Shown piece by piece: positions 15,441 to 24,358 of a stretch of 64,000 nucleotides of DNA (position 1 is its first letter; each line of letters starts with the position of its first letter). Origin of the DNA: a virus (lineage: Duplodnaviria > Caudoviricetes). The position numbers were made by a program, and so were the translations under genes. Below the pieces are notes generated by a model. That model did no database searches, was not told the DNA's origin, and was given only the letters and a program-made list of their open reading frames with translations. The DNA is taken from IMG/VR virus record IMGVR_UViG_3300034198_027116, positions 1,766 through 65,765 of that record; one strand, given 5' to 3'.

Positions 15441-16090
15441 GCGATACACCGATCATCACGCCGGAGCAGCACGAGGAGATCCTTCGTGCCGTTCAACCTC
15501 GGCTGTCGTATGCCGAGCAGCGCGCGCAGCAGCGCGAGGCGATGCGCGAGGTCGCTGGGGAGATCTGCGGCGCGCTCACCGACTACGGCATCGAGGCCAT
15601 CTGGGCAGAGTTCAACGGCTCAGGAGACTCGGGCGACGTGGCCGAGGTGGCGTTGCAGCGCACCGCGCCCACCATGATGTACCAGCGCGGGGAGGACGGG
15701 CACGCCCGATTCGATCTTCCGCAGGTGCCGATGCTCGATGACAAGGGCGAACCGGTAATGCAGCTGGAAAACGTGTATGTAGGTGAGGAGTACCAACCCC
15801 AGCCAGTCATTCAGGCAAATGAGTTCCCGCTGCCCGACGAGCTGCAGGGAACCCCGCTGCCCGACTTCACCAAAGAGATGGAGAAGGCACTCTGCGACAA
15901 GATGGAGACGCTGACCTTCATGGTGCTGAGCCAGGAGCGCGGGGGCTGGGAGAACAACGACGGTGCCTTCGGGTCCATGACCCTACACGCCAACGGTCGG
16001 CTCGTCTGTGACTACAACGAGCGCGTCACGGAGACGCTCGACAACTCGTTCGAGCTGGAGAACCCGTTTCAGATGGAGCAGGTCTCGTGA
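15437..16090 (+). CDS. DUF6878-like protein
   Basis: FNGSGDSG...GWENNDGAFG. Confidence 0.7.
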   Translation: MSDTPIITPEQHEEILRAVQPRLSYAEQRAQQREAMREVAGEICGALTDYGIEAIWAEFNGSGDSGDVAEVALQRTAPTMMYQRGEDGHARFDLPQVPMLDDKGEPVMQLENVYVGEEYQPQPVIQANEFPLPDELQGTPLPDFTKEMEKALCDKMETLTFMVLSQERGGWENNDGAFGSMTLHANGRLVCDYNERVTETLDNSFELENPFQMEQVS

Positions 16091-16524
16091 GCGCTAGGTA
16101 CCACTACGAACCGGCTACGGAACTGACGCGAGACCTTCGTTCCGCGAGTGGCGACGTACTCAAGTCGGAGCTGCAGGTGTCGTTCGGCCTACCCCTGCCT
16201 ACTGACTTCGAGGCCTGGGTTGGCGAGGTGATGCGGTTGGCCCAGCTGCACAACGTCCCGCTATCCGTGAATCGCTACGGCAGCTACGACCCGTACGTGT
16301 GGATGAACAACCTGGTGCGCTACTACACGCAGGACTCAGAGAAGCTGTCTAGGTTGATCAAGTCCTACGCCGCCTGCCGCGTGACGCAAGCGCAGCACGC
16401 CAAGCGCATGAGCGCGCGGGTTTCATCGATGCTGGGCATCATCGACGAGGTGCGAAAGCTCGACCATAGGGTAGGAAGCCAGCTCTACGGGAAGCCTGCG
16501 GCGGCATCGGAGTTTCCTCTGTGA
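16087..16524 (+). CDS. hypothetical protein
   Basis: Coupled ORF. Confidence 0.65.
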   Translation: MSARYHYEPATELTRDLRSASGDVLKSELQVSFGLPLPTDFEAWVGEVMRLAQLHNVPLSVNRYGSYDPYVWMNNLVRYYTQDSEKLSRLIKSYAACRVTQAQHAKRMSARVSSMLGIIDEVRKLDHRVGSQLYGKPAAASEFPL

Positions 16525-17210
16525 TCGCTACCGCGACATCTCAGCAGACGCGCCTGTCAGCGCCAGCAATAGCGGCGATGATCATGCGCGAGTCCTGCAG
16601 GCGCTCGCTCAAGAGCCAGAGCCGCATGTCCTTCGACGCGCTCATTCAAGAGTACGCAGACGGCAACGCGCCTGTCATCGAGGGTGGCGTGCGCAGCGCT
16701 CGCATCAACGATACCGTCGCGTGGACGGTCGTCAGCGGCAGCAGCGGCGGCCTGCGCCCCCACTCTCACGCCTGGCACCTGTTCTCCTCCGGCTTATCTA
16801 AGCAGGTCGATGAGGAACTCACCGAGTGTACCTTCCTGCTGCACTACGGGACTCCGATGCTCGCGTGGCGCAACTACGACGACGGCGAGTTCCCGCTGGA
16901 CGACGGCGGCAAGCAGCGAGTGCCCTACCTGGTGTCCTGCGGACGCGTGAGCGCCACCGACCAGCGCGGCTTTCACAAGGCCTGCGAAGCGCTGGGGTTT
17001 GAACTGCGGTTCGTGCGTAGCAAGCAGCGCTTCGACCAGATGGTCAAGCGCCTGTCCAAGGAGGAGCAGCCAGCCGAGTACTGGTCGCACCCTCACTCCA
17101 AGTGCATGGTGTTAGACGCTAGCGGTCGCGTTCTCAACCGAGAGCACAACATCGTGCACATCTGTGGTGCTAGGTGCCACGTCATCGACCTACCAGGAGG
17201 ATTGCGATGA
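16521..17210 (+). CDS. hypothetical protein
   Basis: Coupled ORF. Confidence 0.7.
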   Translation: MIATATSQQTRLSAPAIAAMIMRESCRRSLKSQSRMSFDALIQEYADGNAPVIEGGVRSARINDTVAWTVVSGSSGGLRPHSHAWHLFSSGLSKQVDEELTECTFLLHYGTPMLAWRNYDDGEFPLDDGGKQRVPYLVSCGRVSATDQRGFHKACEALGFELRFVRSKQRFDQMVKRLSKEEQPAEYWSHPHSKCMVLDASGRVLNREHNIVHICGARCHVIDLPGGLR

Positions 17211-17485
17211 TCTCGCTCAAGACACGTCCCGACGGCATCCAGGTGGTAGACCTGGGTGACCTCTGCACCCACTGCCTGTGCGACACGTCGCCGGGCAGCG
17301 GGGCGTTCGTCAACCGCGTTCCTAGTACGCGTCACGACGCACTCGAGCTGCCCGAGTTCGACGGGTGGATGTGCGCCGACTGCCAGGCGACCAAGTGCGA
17401 CGCCTGTTCTGAACGATCCATCGACTGCACCCAGTACGGAGATCACTGGCTCTGCGAGGAGTGCGCTCCTGAGGAGGAGAACTGA
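17207..17485 (+). CDS. Cys-rich zinc-binding protein
   Basis: GGAGG RBS; four CxxC motifs. Confidence 0.7.
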   Translation: MISLKTRPDGIQVVDLGDLCTHCLCDTSPGSGAFVNRVPSTRHDALELPEFDGWMCADCQATKCDACSERSIDCTQYGDHWLCEECAPEEEN

Positions 17486-17652
17486 TGAGCAAGATGTCTG
17501 ACCTGCATATCGACATGCAGGAACTGATTCACCTGGGCGTCACCGCCGAGGACGCCAGGGAGATGTTGCAGGAGGAGGGCGACTCCATCGACCCGGGTCG
17601 TAAGATCATCCTGGAGTGGATCGCCGACGGCAACGAGCAGGAGGAGAACTGA
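17485..17652 (+). CDS. small acidic protein (55 aa, not in the ORF track)
   Basis: GAGGAG RBS; TGATG coupling on both sides. Confidence 0.6.
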   Translation: MSKMSDLHIDMQELIHLGVTAEDAREMLQEEGDSIDPGRKIILEWIADGNEQEEN

Positions 17653-18032
17653 TGGCTCACAGCTACCACCACGCAGTCTCCAGCGCCAAGCGCTACGGAG
17701 GCACGCCCGTGGACTACCTGGAGATCCACGCCTGGTTCGACGAGACGAAGGCCATCCTGGCCGACGCGCGACACCGCGCCCTGCGGCACCACGCCGAGGG
17801 CATCTTCCTGTGCGAGCGCATCTTCGGCGTCACCATCACGAACTCGGCTGGCAAGGAGATCCCCGTGCGGCTCATCGGCGAGCAGCACGTGCTCGAGGAC
17901 ATGGGGTGCATCCCCAGCGCCGTCGACTGGCTGCGCAAGATGTCGATCGAGGAGTGGATGAACAAGCCCAAGCGCCTGCAGGTGGAGATCGACATGCTGG
18001 CAGACGTGCGAAAGCCGCAGCCGGTAGCATGA
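17652..18032 (+). CDS. DUF6915-like protein
   Basis: MAHSYHHAVSSAKRYGG...HRALRHHAEGIF...EQHVLED. Confidence 0.8.
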   Translation: MAHSYHHAVSSAKRYGGTPVDYLEIHAWFDETKAILADARHRALRHHAEGIFLCERIFGVTITNSAGKEIPVRLIGEQHVLEDMGCIPSAVDWLRKMSIEEWMNKPKRLQVEIDMLADVRKPQPVA

Positions 18033-18151
18033 ATGGTCTGTGGATGCTGCGCGTACTTCTGGCTATAACGCTGGGAGTGCTGGCCCTAAACGCTGTAGCG
18101 TCTCTAGCGATTTGCTGGGTCATCATGCGTGAGCGAAGGCGCCGATGCTAA
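18029..18151 (+). CDS. small membrane protein
   Basis: Single hydrophobic helix followed by a basic tail. Confidence 0.5.
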   Translation: MNGLWMLRVLLAITLGVLALNAVASLAICWVIMRERRRRC

Positions 18152-18218
18152 ACTGAGGTATCCACTCACACGAATCGCGCGCCGGGTACGCCTGGCACTC
18201 GCGAGTCTGGAGGCTTCC

Positions 18219-18644
18219 TTGCGAACCATCGCACTCATCATCACGTTGCTATTCATGTATCTGTTTCTCCCAGCATCCGCGCTCGCGCTCGCTCCGCCAA
18301 ACCCATGGCGCCACGACGCCAAGACGAGGCAGATGTACGCGTGTAACCATCGCCCCGCAGCGTGGACGGAGCGCGAACTCCGCTGCGTCGTGCGGTTGGG
18401 GTTCGGGGCGCAGTCGGAAAACGCCGCCGCTGTCGTAGCGTGCGAATCCGTCTGGAATCCTCGCGCCGTGTCCCCAACCTCGGACTACGGACTGTTTCAG
18501 ATCAACCGTAACTACAACCAGGAGGGCTGGAGGTTGGGCGCAAACATCTTTGATCCGGTCTGGAACACTCGCATCGCCTATTACTTCTGGGAGACACGGG
18601 GATGGGGAGACTGGACCTGCGGACGCATGACGGGAGCGGCGTGA
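18219..18644 (+). CDS. secreted lysozyme-like/SLT transglycosylase
   Basis: Signal peptide; ACES.WNP, DYGLFQIN, FDPVWN, GW.DW. Confidence 0.82.
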   Translation: MRTIALIITLLFMYLFLPASALALAPPNPWRHDAKTRQMYACNHRPAAWTERELRCVVRLGFGAQSENAAAVVACESVWNPRAVSPTSDYGLFQINRNYNQEGWRLGANIFDPVWNTRIAYYFWETRGWGDWTCGRMTGAA

Positions 18645-19138
18645 TGCGGTGGTTCGCGTTGGCAGCGCTGATCTGCACCGTGGGTCTCATCGCCGCTACC
18701 AACAGCCCCGCTGACGCTACCCGCGTGGGGGCTGCGTCCATCAGCCGTCCTGCTCCTCGCGTAGCCGAGCGCAGCTGGCCTCCGGTAGCACGAAAGGCGA
18801 AGGCAAAACTCCCGAAGAACTGGCGCTTCTTCGTGGCCATCGGCCGGTGCGAGCAGCCGGCACCCGAGACCCGCAAGCGGCACGGGCGGTGGCCGAAGCG
18901 CTACGCGTGGGGCATCGACTGGCACCAGACCCGTAACTACTCATATCCAGGAGGCTTGGGCGTGTGGGCTCCTCTCTGGAGCGAGAAGGGAATCGCCGGT
19001 ACCAAGATGGCTCCCTCCGCAGATCGGGCGACCCCGATCCAGCAGATGATCCAGGCCCAGCGCATCGTTGACCGATATGGCAAGTACGCGTGGGGTTGTA
19101 CTGGGGTAGCGCTCGCGCAGGCGAAGTTCGTCCCCTAA
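18644..19138 (+). CDS. secreted resuscitation-promoting-factor (Rpf)-like transglycosylase
   Basis: Signal peptide; IGRCE, YPGGLG, W..., ATPIQQMIQAQRI, AWGC match the Rpf core pattern. Confidence 0.75.
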   Translation: MRWFALAALICTVGLIAATNSPADATRVGAASISRPAPRVAERSWPPVARKAKAKLPKNWRFFVAIGRCEQPAPETRKRHGRWPKRYAWGIDWHQTRNYSYPGGLGVWAPLWSEKGIAGTKMAPSADRATPIQQMIQAQRIVDRYGKYAWGCTGVALAQAKFVP

Positions 19139-19294
19139 GTACAGATAGAAACTGCTAGCAGTTGCTGGCAGCTGATCGCTCAAGATGCTATCTTGAGCCT
19201 AGTAAGTAAGAGGGAGATACCGTGGAACTCATAGCCATGCTCATCGTGGTCGTCATCCTGGCGCCCCTGTGGCCCTTTGGAAGAAGGTAGTACC

Positions 19295-19669
19295 GTGACC
19301 GAAACGCTAGACGACATGATCGAACGCCTCGCTCGTGCAGAAGCGGAGCTGATGGCGCAGAAGGAGATCGTCGAGCAACTACGCGTGAGCCTGGTCGAGC
19401 AGCTCGGCGCACTGGGCGTGTCCTCCACCGTTACGGAATCCGGCCGTCGGGTGACGGTCGTCCGCAGCACCTCTACCTCCTGGGACGTCGAGGTGCTCAA
19501 GGACATCCTGGCGCCGCGCGGTCTCTGGGAGCAGGCGCGCATCGTGCAGGAGGTCGTGGACGACAAGGCGATCGAACGACTGGTCGATCGGGGCGACGTC
19601 CGGCTCGAGGAAATCGAACCGGCGCTCAGCGTCAAGGAGCGCAAGCCCTACCCGAAGGTCAGCGGATGA
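19295..19669 (+). CDS. conserved phage coiled-coil/beta protein (Gam/Gp157-like)
   Basis: Helical N-terminus, TESGRRVTVV, VDDKAIERLV pattern. Confidence 0.6.
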   Translation: MTETLDDMIERLARAEAELMAQKEIVEQLRVSLVEQLGALGVSSTVTESGRRVTVVRSTSTSWDVEVLKDILAPRGLWEQARIVQEVVDDKAIERLVDRGDVRLEEIEPALSVKERKPYPKVSG

Positions 19670-20118
19670 ACTACGACATCAGCGACGAGACGTTCGCGGA
19701 CATCAGCTACTGCATCGAGGTTACGGCGTGGCTTGCCATGACGCACGGGAACGACGCTCTTCGCAACGCCTGCAACGCCATCACGCGGCAGCTCAACGCG
19801 GCGTGGCCAGACTCGGTTCCGCCTCATTATCTGCCGAGCAACCTATCGGCGCTCGCGATGGAGCACCACCGCAACGACCTCGAAGAAAGATGGATCAGGC
19901 TATCTGGCGCAGACGTCAACGCAATCATCCTCAGCGCCGAGCGCTTGCAGCAAATGACGCCAGACGTGATCGTCGTCGGTACCGAGCCCTTCACCGAAAC
20001 GAGCCTCATGCTTTCCGGGATCGCCCGGCGATGGGAGGACGCACCCAGCTGCTGCCCATCGGAAGTGCGATGCTCGTCTTACCCCGAGTGCGCATGCTCG
20101 GGTGGAGTACCCGTCTAG
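19666..20118 (+). CDS. hypothetical protein
   Basis: Coupled ORF. Confidence 0.65.
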   Translation: MNYDISDETFADISYCIEVTAWLAMTHGNDALRNACNAITRQLNAAWPDSVPPHYLPSNLSALAMEHHRNDLEERWIRLSGADVNAIILSAERLQQMTPDVIVVGTEPFTETSLMLSGIARRWEDAPSCCPSEVRCSSYPECACSGGVPV

Positions 20119-20156
20119 GCAATACCGCCTAGCACCTAGCAGGGAGAACGAACCTC

Positions 20157-20894
20157 ATGACCAAGAACCAGCGCACGCTACTTCACAAGCTGGAACCCCT
20201 CGGCTATCGCGCCACGGGGTACGACCGCAGGGGGCACCTCGTGGTGCAGCACCCGGAGGCCGGCTACGTGTCGATCGCCGGAACCCCGGGCAACCACCGC
20301 GACACCGTCAACACGCTGCTCGAAGCCAAGCGCCGCCTGCGCTTTGCTCGCAGTCACCACGCTCAGTTCCTACAGTACCTGTACGAGAAGTTCGAGATCC
20401 TGCCGGGTGAGACCAAGATCGTCGAGATGAACGCGCAGAGCTTGCTTCGAGAGTACCTGGATACCAACCAGGTGACGTGCGACCGCAAGCAGTTTCATTC
20501 CGTGTACGAGAACGCGAGGCGCAACATGACGTGCATGCGTCGGGGCGCGAACGGTCAGTGGAAGATTCAGCGCCCAGCAGAGCCGAAGGTACAGCACCCC
20601 TACGCCGCAGAACGCGATAGCGCCGCTCTCGCGCCCGTCGCGCCGAAGGGTACCCCGCTCCCGGTGATCGCGCCGAAGGCCGCTAGCGACGCGGGAAAGG
20701 CTCCCGACGCCGATTTGGGCGGCCTCTCGCCCGTCGTGGTCGCCGAGTTGCGGCGCGTTCTAGAGCTGCCGGACGATCGCGAGCGCCTCGTGCTCGCCCA
20801 GTCCACGGCGAGTCAGCTGGCAGATCGCATCGAGGCCGATGCCCGGCACGTCGTCGCTGAGCTGCGCGCCCTGGCCAGTCTGCTCGCTGTGTGA
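20157..20894 (+). CDS. protein with N-terminal HicA-like domain
   Basis: LGY...RRGHLVVQHPEAGYVSIAGTPGNHR..N. Confidence 0.6.
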   Translation: MTKNQRTLLHKLEPLGYRATGYDRRGHLVVQHPEAGYVSIAGTPGNHRDTVNTLLEAKRRLRFARSHHAQFLQYLYEKFEILPGETKIVEMNAQSLLREYLDTNQVTCDRKQFHSVYENARRNMTCMRRGANGQWKIQRPAEPKVQHPYAAERDSAALAPVAPKGTPLPVIAPKAASDAGKAPDADLGGLSPVVVAELRRVLELPDDRERLVLAQSTASQLADRIEADARHVVAELRALASLLAV

Positions 20895-20918
20895 AACATG
20901 CCAACGTGGCATGTTTCA
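20892..20918. repeat. 27-bp palindromic element, copy 2 (perfect)
   Basis: TGAAACATGCCA-ACG-TGGCATGTTTCA. Confidence 0.85.
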
Positions 20919-20928
20919 GGAGACTAAG

Positions 20929-21390
20929 ATGCAGACCTTTGTTCCAGAGTACGACTACGCAGTATGCGCGCGCGTGCTCGATCGCCAGCGCCTAGGTAAG
21001 CAGCGCGTAGAGTGCCTGCAAATCCTCAAGACGATCGTCGCAGGTGACTCGGCGCGTGGCTGGCGCAACCATCCTGCGGTCGCGATGTGGAGGGGACACG
21101 AGTACGCGCTCGTGCAGTACTCCAACGCGGTATGCGACGAGTGGACTCGCAGGGGGTACCGCGATACCTGCCGGGAGAGCATCAGGCAGATCTTCGACGA
21201 GTGGCAGGAGGGCAAGTGCCTATCCTGGCACGAGTACCCGTCGTGGTGGCTCGAAGCTGACATCCACGAGTCGCACAAGTCCAACCTCGTGCGTAAGCTG
21301 CCCGAGCACTACAAGAAGCTGTGGCCATCCGTAGCGGACGATATTTCGTATGTATGGCCGATATTTCGTACACAAGGAGAAACGAAGTGA
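20929..21390 (+). CDS. pyrimidine-dimer DNA glycosylase/endonuclease V-like (MSMEG_6728 family)
   Basis: MQTF...LDRQRLGKQRVE...HPAVAMW...EWTRRGY...HESHKSNLVRK. Confidence 0.85.
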   Translation: MQTFVPEYDYAVCARVLDRQRLGKQRVECLQILKTIVAGDSARGWRNHPAVAMWRGHEYALVQYSNAVCDEWTRRGYRDTCRESIRQIFDEWQEGKCLSWHEYPSWWLEADIHESHKSNLVRKLPEHYKKLWPSVADDISYVWPIFRTQGETK

Positions 21391-21890
21391 ATCGCACCGA
21401 TGACATCCTCAGCATGAGAAGGGAAGGCATGACGCTCAAGGCAATCGGTGATCGCTATAACATCACGCCGCAGCGGGTGCAGCAGATCTGCAAGCAGCAC
21501 GCTCCTGATCTAGCGAGCGAGCGTAACTGGCGATCGATCAGCGCGAGCAAGAAATACGACGATCGGCGCCAGCGTGTGCTTGACCTGTACCGAGGCGGCA
21601 CGCGCAACCTCCACGAGATCGGCCGTCAGACCAACAGCTCCTACAAGTTCGTACGCACAACGCTCTCTGACAGCGGGGACATCCAGATCAAGGAACCTTG
21701 GACGCAAGATCAGGTCGTCTCAGCGATGATCGAGTGGCGTCGTCTGCACGGCTCATGGCCTCGCAGCGATCAGTGGATGCGCCGAGGCTCGTGGTGGCCG
21801 TGTCGCGCTACCGTCGTCGGCCGATTCGGATGGAAGTCGTGCCTAGATCACGCCAAGGTACGGTGGGCGCAGAGAGAGATGGCGAAATGA
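21387..21890 (+). CDS. HTH DNA-binding protein with homing-endonuclease-associated repeat
   Basis: TLKAIGDRYNITPQRVQQI (sigma4-like HTH); WT...P...W...PCRATVVGRFGW. Confidence 0.7.
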   Translation: MNRTDDILSMRREGMTLKAIGDRYNITPQRVQQICKQHAPDLASERNWRSISASKKYDDRRQRVLDLYRGGTRNLHEIGRQTNSSYKFVRTTLSDSGDIQIKEPWTQDQVVSAMIEWRRLHGSWPRSDQWMRRGSWWPCRATVVGRFGWKSCLDHAKVRWAQREMAK

Positions 21891-21979
21891 TGTCCTTCAT
21901 CTCTCACGTCCTCGGCATCCTGCTGGTGCTATCCATCGCACTCTTCATCATCACGGGGTTGATGGGACGAGATAGATAG
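21887..21979 (+). CDS. small membrane peptide
   Basis: Hydrophobic, 30 aa, coupled. Confidence 0.45.
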   Translation: MMSFISHVLGILLVLSIALFIITGLMGRDR

Positions 21980-22081
21980 GCTCCGCGGGTGCGCCCGAGG
22001 GAGGGGAGGCGCGTCGCATTTTGCCTTGCGGCTTTACCCTATCTGCCGGCGGAGGGGATACGCCAGCAGCTGGTCGTGGAG

Positions 22082-22750
22082 CTACGCAATCTTACCGTGC
22101 GGCATACCCAGGCCAGCCGTCACCGTACCGTCCTTGAGCACGACCTCCGTAACGCGAGCGCGCTTTCTGCCAGCGCAGATGTTAGAGACGTGAGCCCACG
22201 AGCAGTTGAAACGCTTGGAAATCTCCTCGAGCGTGGCTCCGTCCCTGCGCATGCGCCTAATCTGCACCACGTCCTCGTCGGATAGCGACTTGCCGCGCGG
22301 GATGAACATCCTGCCCTTGGCCGCCGCGTCTCGAAGGTTCTCGGCCTGCGTACCGGCGACCAGATGCTCGGGCGCCACGCACCAGCGGTTGTCGCAGGTG
22401 TGCATGACCACCTGTGGCATGACCTGACCAGGGTTGCTCAGGGCCCAGGCTACCCGGTGGGCCTTGCGCTTCCCGCCTGCTGCTCGGCAGGTGCCGTATC
22501 CGAGTCGGTCGAAGGTGCCCTTCCAGCGGCGGCACCCGTTGTCGTCCGCGACCTCAACGTGGTCCCAGAAGTTCGCGGATTCGGCCGCGATGTCCCCGCT
22601 CAGCGCAGCGTCGCGATGACGCTTTAGCTTTCGCCGGCTACTAGGAGTAGCGGCTCGAACGACGTGATCTGGCTTGACAAAGCGCCCGTTCGCACCGCGC
22701 CAGATGCGAGTGTCGCCGAATCCCCTGAGCTCTGTGAGCTGCGCCTGCAT
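22082..22750 (-). CDS. HNH homing endonuclease with C-terminal HTH (leaderless ATG 22750)
   Basis: CRRWKG...GYG...AHRVAW...VMHTCDNRWCVAPEHL..GT..EN; TGTTACAAT 6 nt upstream of the ATG. Confidence 0.88.
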   Translation of the reverse strand: MQAQLTELRGFGDTRIWRGANGRFVKPDHVVRAATPSSRRKLKRHRDAALSGDIAAESANFWDHVEVADDNGCRRWKGTFDRLGYGTCRAAGGKRKAHRVAWALSNPGQVMPQVVMHTCDNRWCVAPEHLVAGTQAENLRDAAAKGRMFIPRGKSLSDEDVVQIRRMRRDGATLEEISKRFNCSWAHVSNICAGRKRARVTEVVLKDGTVTAGLGMPHGKIA

Positions 22751-22788
22751 AACGGTATTGTAACAACTCGTATTACCGATTTCGCTGT

Positions 22789-22986
22789 CTATAGATAGAT
22801 GGCGCTGAGCACCTCTCCACACTTGACGGCGCACTCCATGTCCCAGGTATAGACCACAAGCTGCACGGACTTCGAGTCTCTAGCTGCATACGGCCTGATC
22901 CTCAGGAGGTAGGCGGACACGCGGCCGTCCTCACCCTCATCCCACTCCCCTTCGTCGCAGTCGTCCCAGTCGCCCCAGTCAGACAT
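22789..22986 (-). CDS. small acidic protein
   Basis: Coupled ORF. Confidence 0.55.
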   Translation of the reverse strand: MSDWGDWDDCDEGEWDEGEDGRVSAYLLRIRPYAARDSKSVQLVVYTWDMECAVKCGEVLSAIYL

Positions 22987-23182
22987 CGTCTAGGTCATCT
23001 TCGCCTAGATCGCGATGCCCGATCAGCTCGTCGACGTTAGCTGCGATGCTACCCAGCGTAACCTCAAGACGCTCGAGCGTGTCCAGAGCGGTCAACCATG
23101 CGCATACCATCGCCCGATGATATGGATTATGGATCTCCTCCAGCGTCATGCGGAGTTCGTCTAGCGGTTCGTATTCGCTCAC
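22979..23182 (-). CDS. small hypothetical protein
   Basis: Coupled ORF. Confidence 0.55.
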   Translation of the reverse strand: MSEYEPLDELRMTLEEIHNPYHRAMVCAWLTALDTLERLEVTLGSIAANVDELIGHRDLGEDDLDDV

Positions 23183-23207
23183 CCGCGCATTGTACTCAAC
23201 GTCCAGG

Positions 23208-23903
23208 TCAAGCCGGGTACCAGACGCCGGCGACGGCCGCTAGGAAGTACCATGCCCCAAATAGCATCGCCAACGCGCTGCCCCAGATCACGATTAGTCG
23301 AGGACTAGCTACGTCGTCTAGGCGGTCAACGCCCCTGCACATGAGCCACGAGCAGAACATCATCGAGAGGCCTGCGAACGTCGCGATCACGACCAGCGCT
23401 ACGCAGGCAAGCGTTCGATCATCTAGCGCAGACAGGATCAGCGCCACGGCTCCCGCGCTACCCCCGGCCCCGTGCATCATGCCTACCAGAAAAGCGCTAC
23501 GTGGCGTGCGATGGACGTGCTCTCCGCCGTGCGTATGAGAGTGCGCTACGCCCTGGTGGTGATAGTGCTGGTGTCTGTGCGGCAGCCTAAACAGAGCTCG
23601 AGTAGCCATTACCATGATGACAACGCCGACGCCAGCTTCGAGCCCCTGCTGAACCTTCTCGGGAAGCTCGGCCAAGAACAAGATGGCTGGTACGCCGAGG
23701 GCAATCATGGTAACGGCGTGACCCAGACCCCAACCCATCCCGATCAGGTGCGGGTTTCTGCGTTTTGCCCCGAGCCTGAGGGTTAGCAACGCGGTCAGAT
23801 GATCGGGATCGGTGGCATGACGTAACCCCAACAGCACCGCAAAGAGGCACACGAATACCCAACCGCTCCCGAGAGAGGCCAACCAGTGATCGAGGCCTAG
23901 CAT
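23208..23903 (-). CDS. HoxN/HupN/NixA (NiCoT)/UreH-like Ni/Co transporter
   Basis: GLRHATDPDH signature, WGLGH, His-rich loop HRHQHYHH..HSHTH..EHVH, GMMHGAGGS; about six hydrophobic segments. Confidence 0.85.
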   Translation of the reverse strand: MLGLDHWLASLGSGWVFVCLFAVLLGLRHATDPDHLTALLTLRLGAKRRNPHLIGMGWGLGHAVTMIALGVPAILFLAELPEKVQQGLEAGVGVVIMVMATRALFRLPHRHQHYHHQGVAHSHTHGGEHVHRTPRSAFLVGMMHGAGGSAGAVALILSALDDRTLACVALVVIATFAGLSMMFCSWLMCRGVDRLDDVASPRLIVIWGSALAMLFGAWYFLAAVAGVWYPA

Positions 23904-24358
23904 CAGCGAGCCAGATTTGCCTCTACCTGCCGGCGAGTGAGCTCGCGCGAACAGGCCTCTGCGTACCGCTTGTGGGCTTCTACCAAGCCAGAGACCATGG
24001 CGTCTGCGGCATCTACCCGCGCAAACTCAGCCTCGATCTGCAGGCGTCGATCGTTGACTCGGTCTCCCCCTAGTTGATCGCCGATAGAACGGAGTCGTCC
24101 TAGCTCGAACTTCAGCGATCGCTTCTGCGCTACGACGATGCCGTGCAAGCTGGTGGTGCGAGCGAACTGCGCCGTGTAGTACGAGTGCATCTCGCCTAGC
24201 TCCAGCAGGCTAACGCTCGTGATGTCGGACGGGAAGGGCATCTCCTCTGCCTCTACCGCGCGCGGGAAGAACAGGCCTAGATCCTCCAGCATCGTCACTA
24301 CCTGGTTGGTGATGGCGTCCAGGTCTCCCACTCCCACTCCGCCCTTGAGCCTCGTCAT
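23903..24358 (-). CDS. helical recombination-associated protein (UvsY-like, tentative)
   Basis: ATG 24358 coupled to the exonuclease stop; ends SRELTRR. Confidence 0.55.
   Translation of the reverse strand: MTRLKGGVGVGDLDAITNQVVTMLEDLGLFFPRAVEAEEMPFPSDITSVSLLELGEMHSYYTAQFARTTSLHGIVVAQKRSLKFELGRLRSIGDQLGGDRVNDRRLQIEAEFARVDAADAMVSGLVEAHKRYAEACSRELTRRQVEANLAR

Noticed and set aside
17482-17510. CTGATGA as a third hammerhead core
   Set aside because: It is a TGATG stop/start overlap with no stem II, GAAA or flanking stems.
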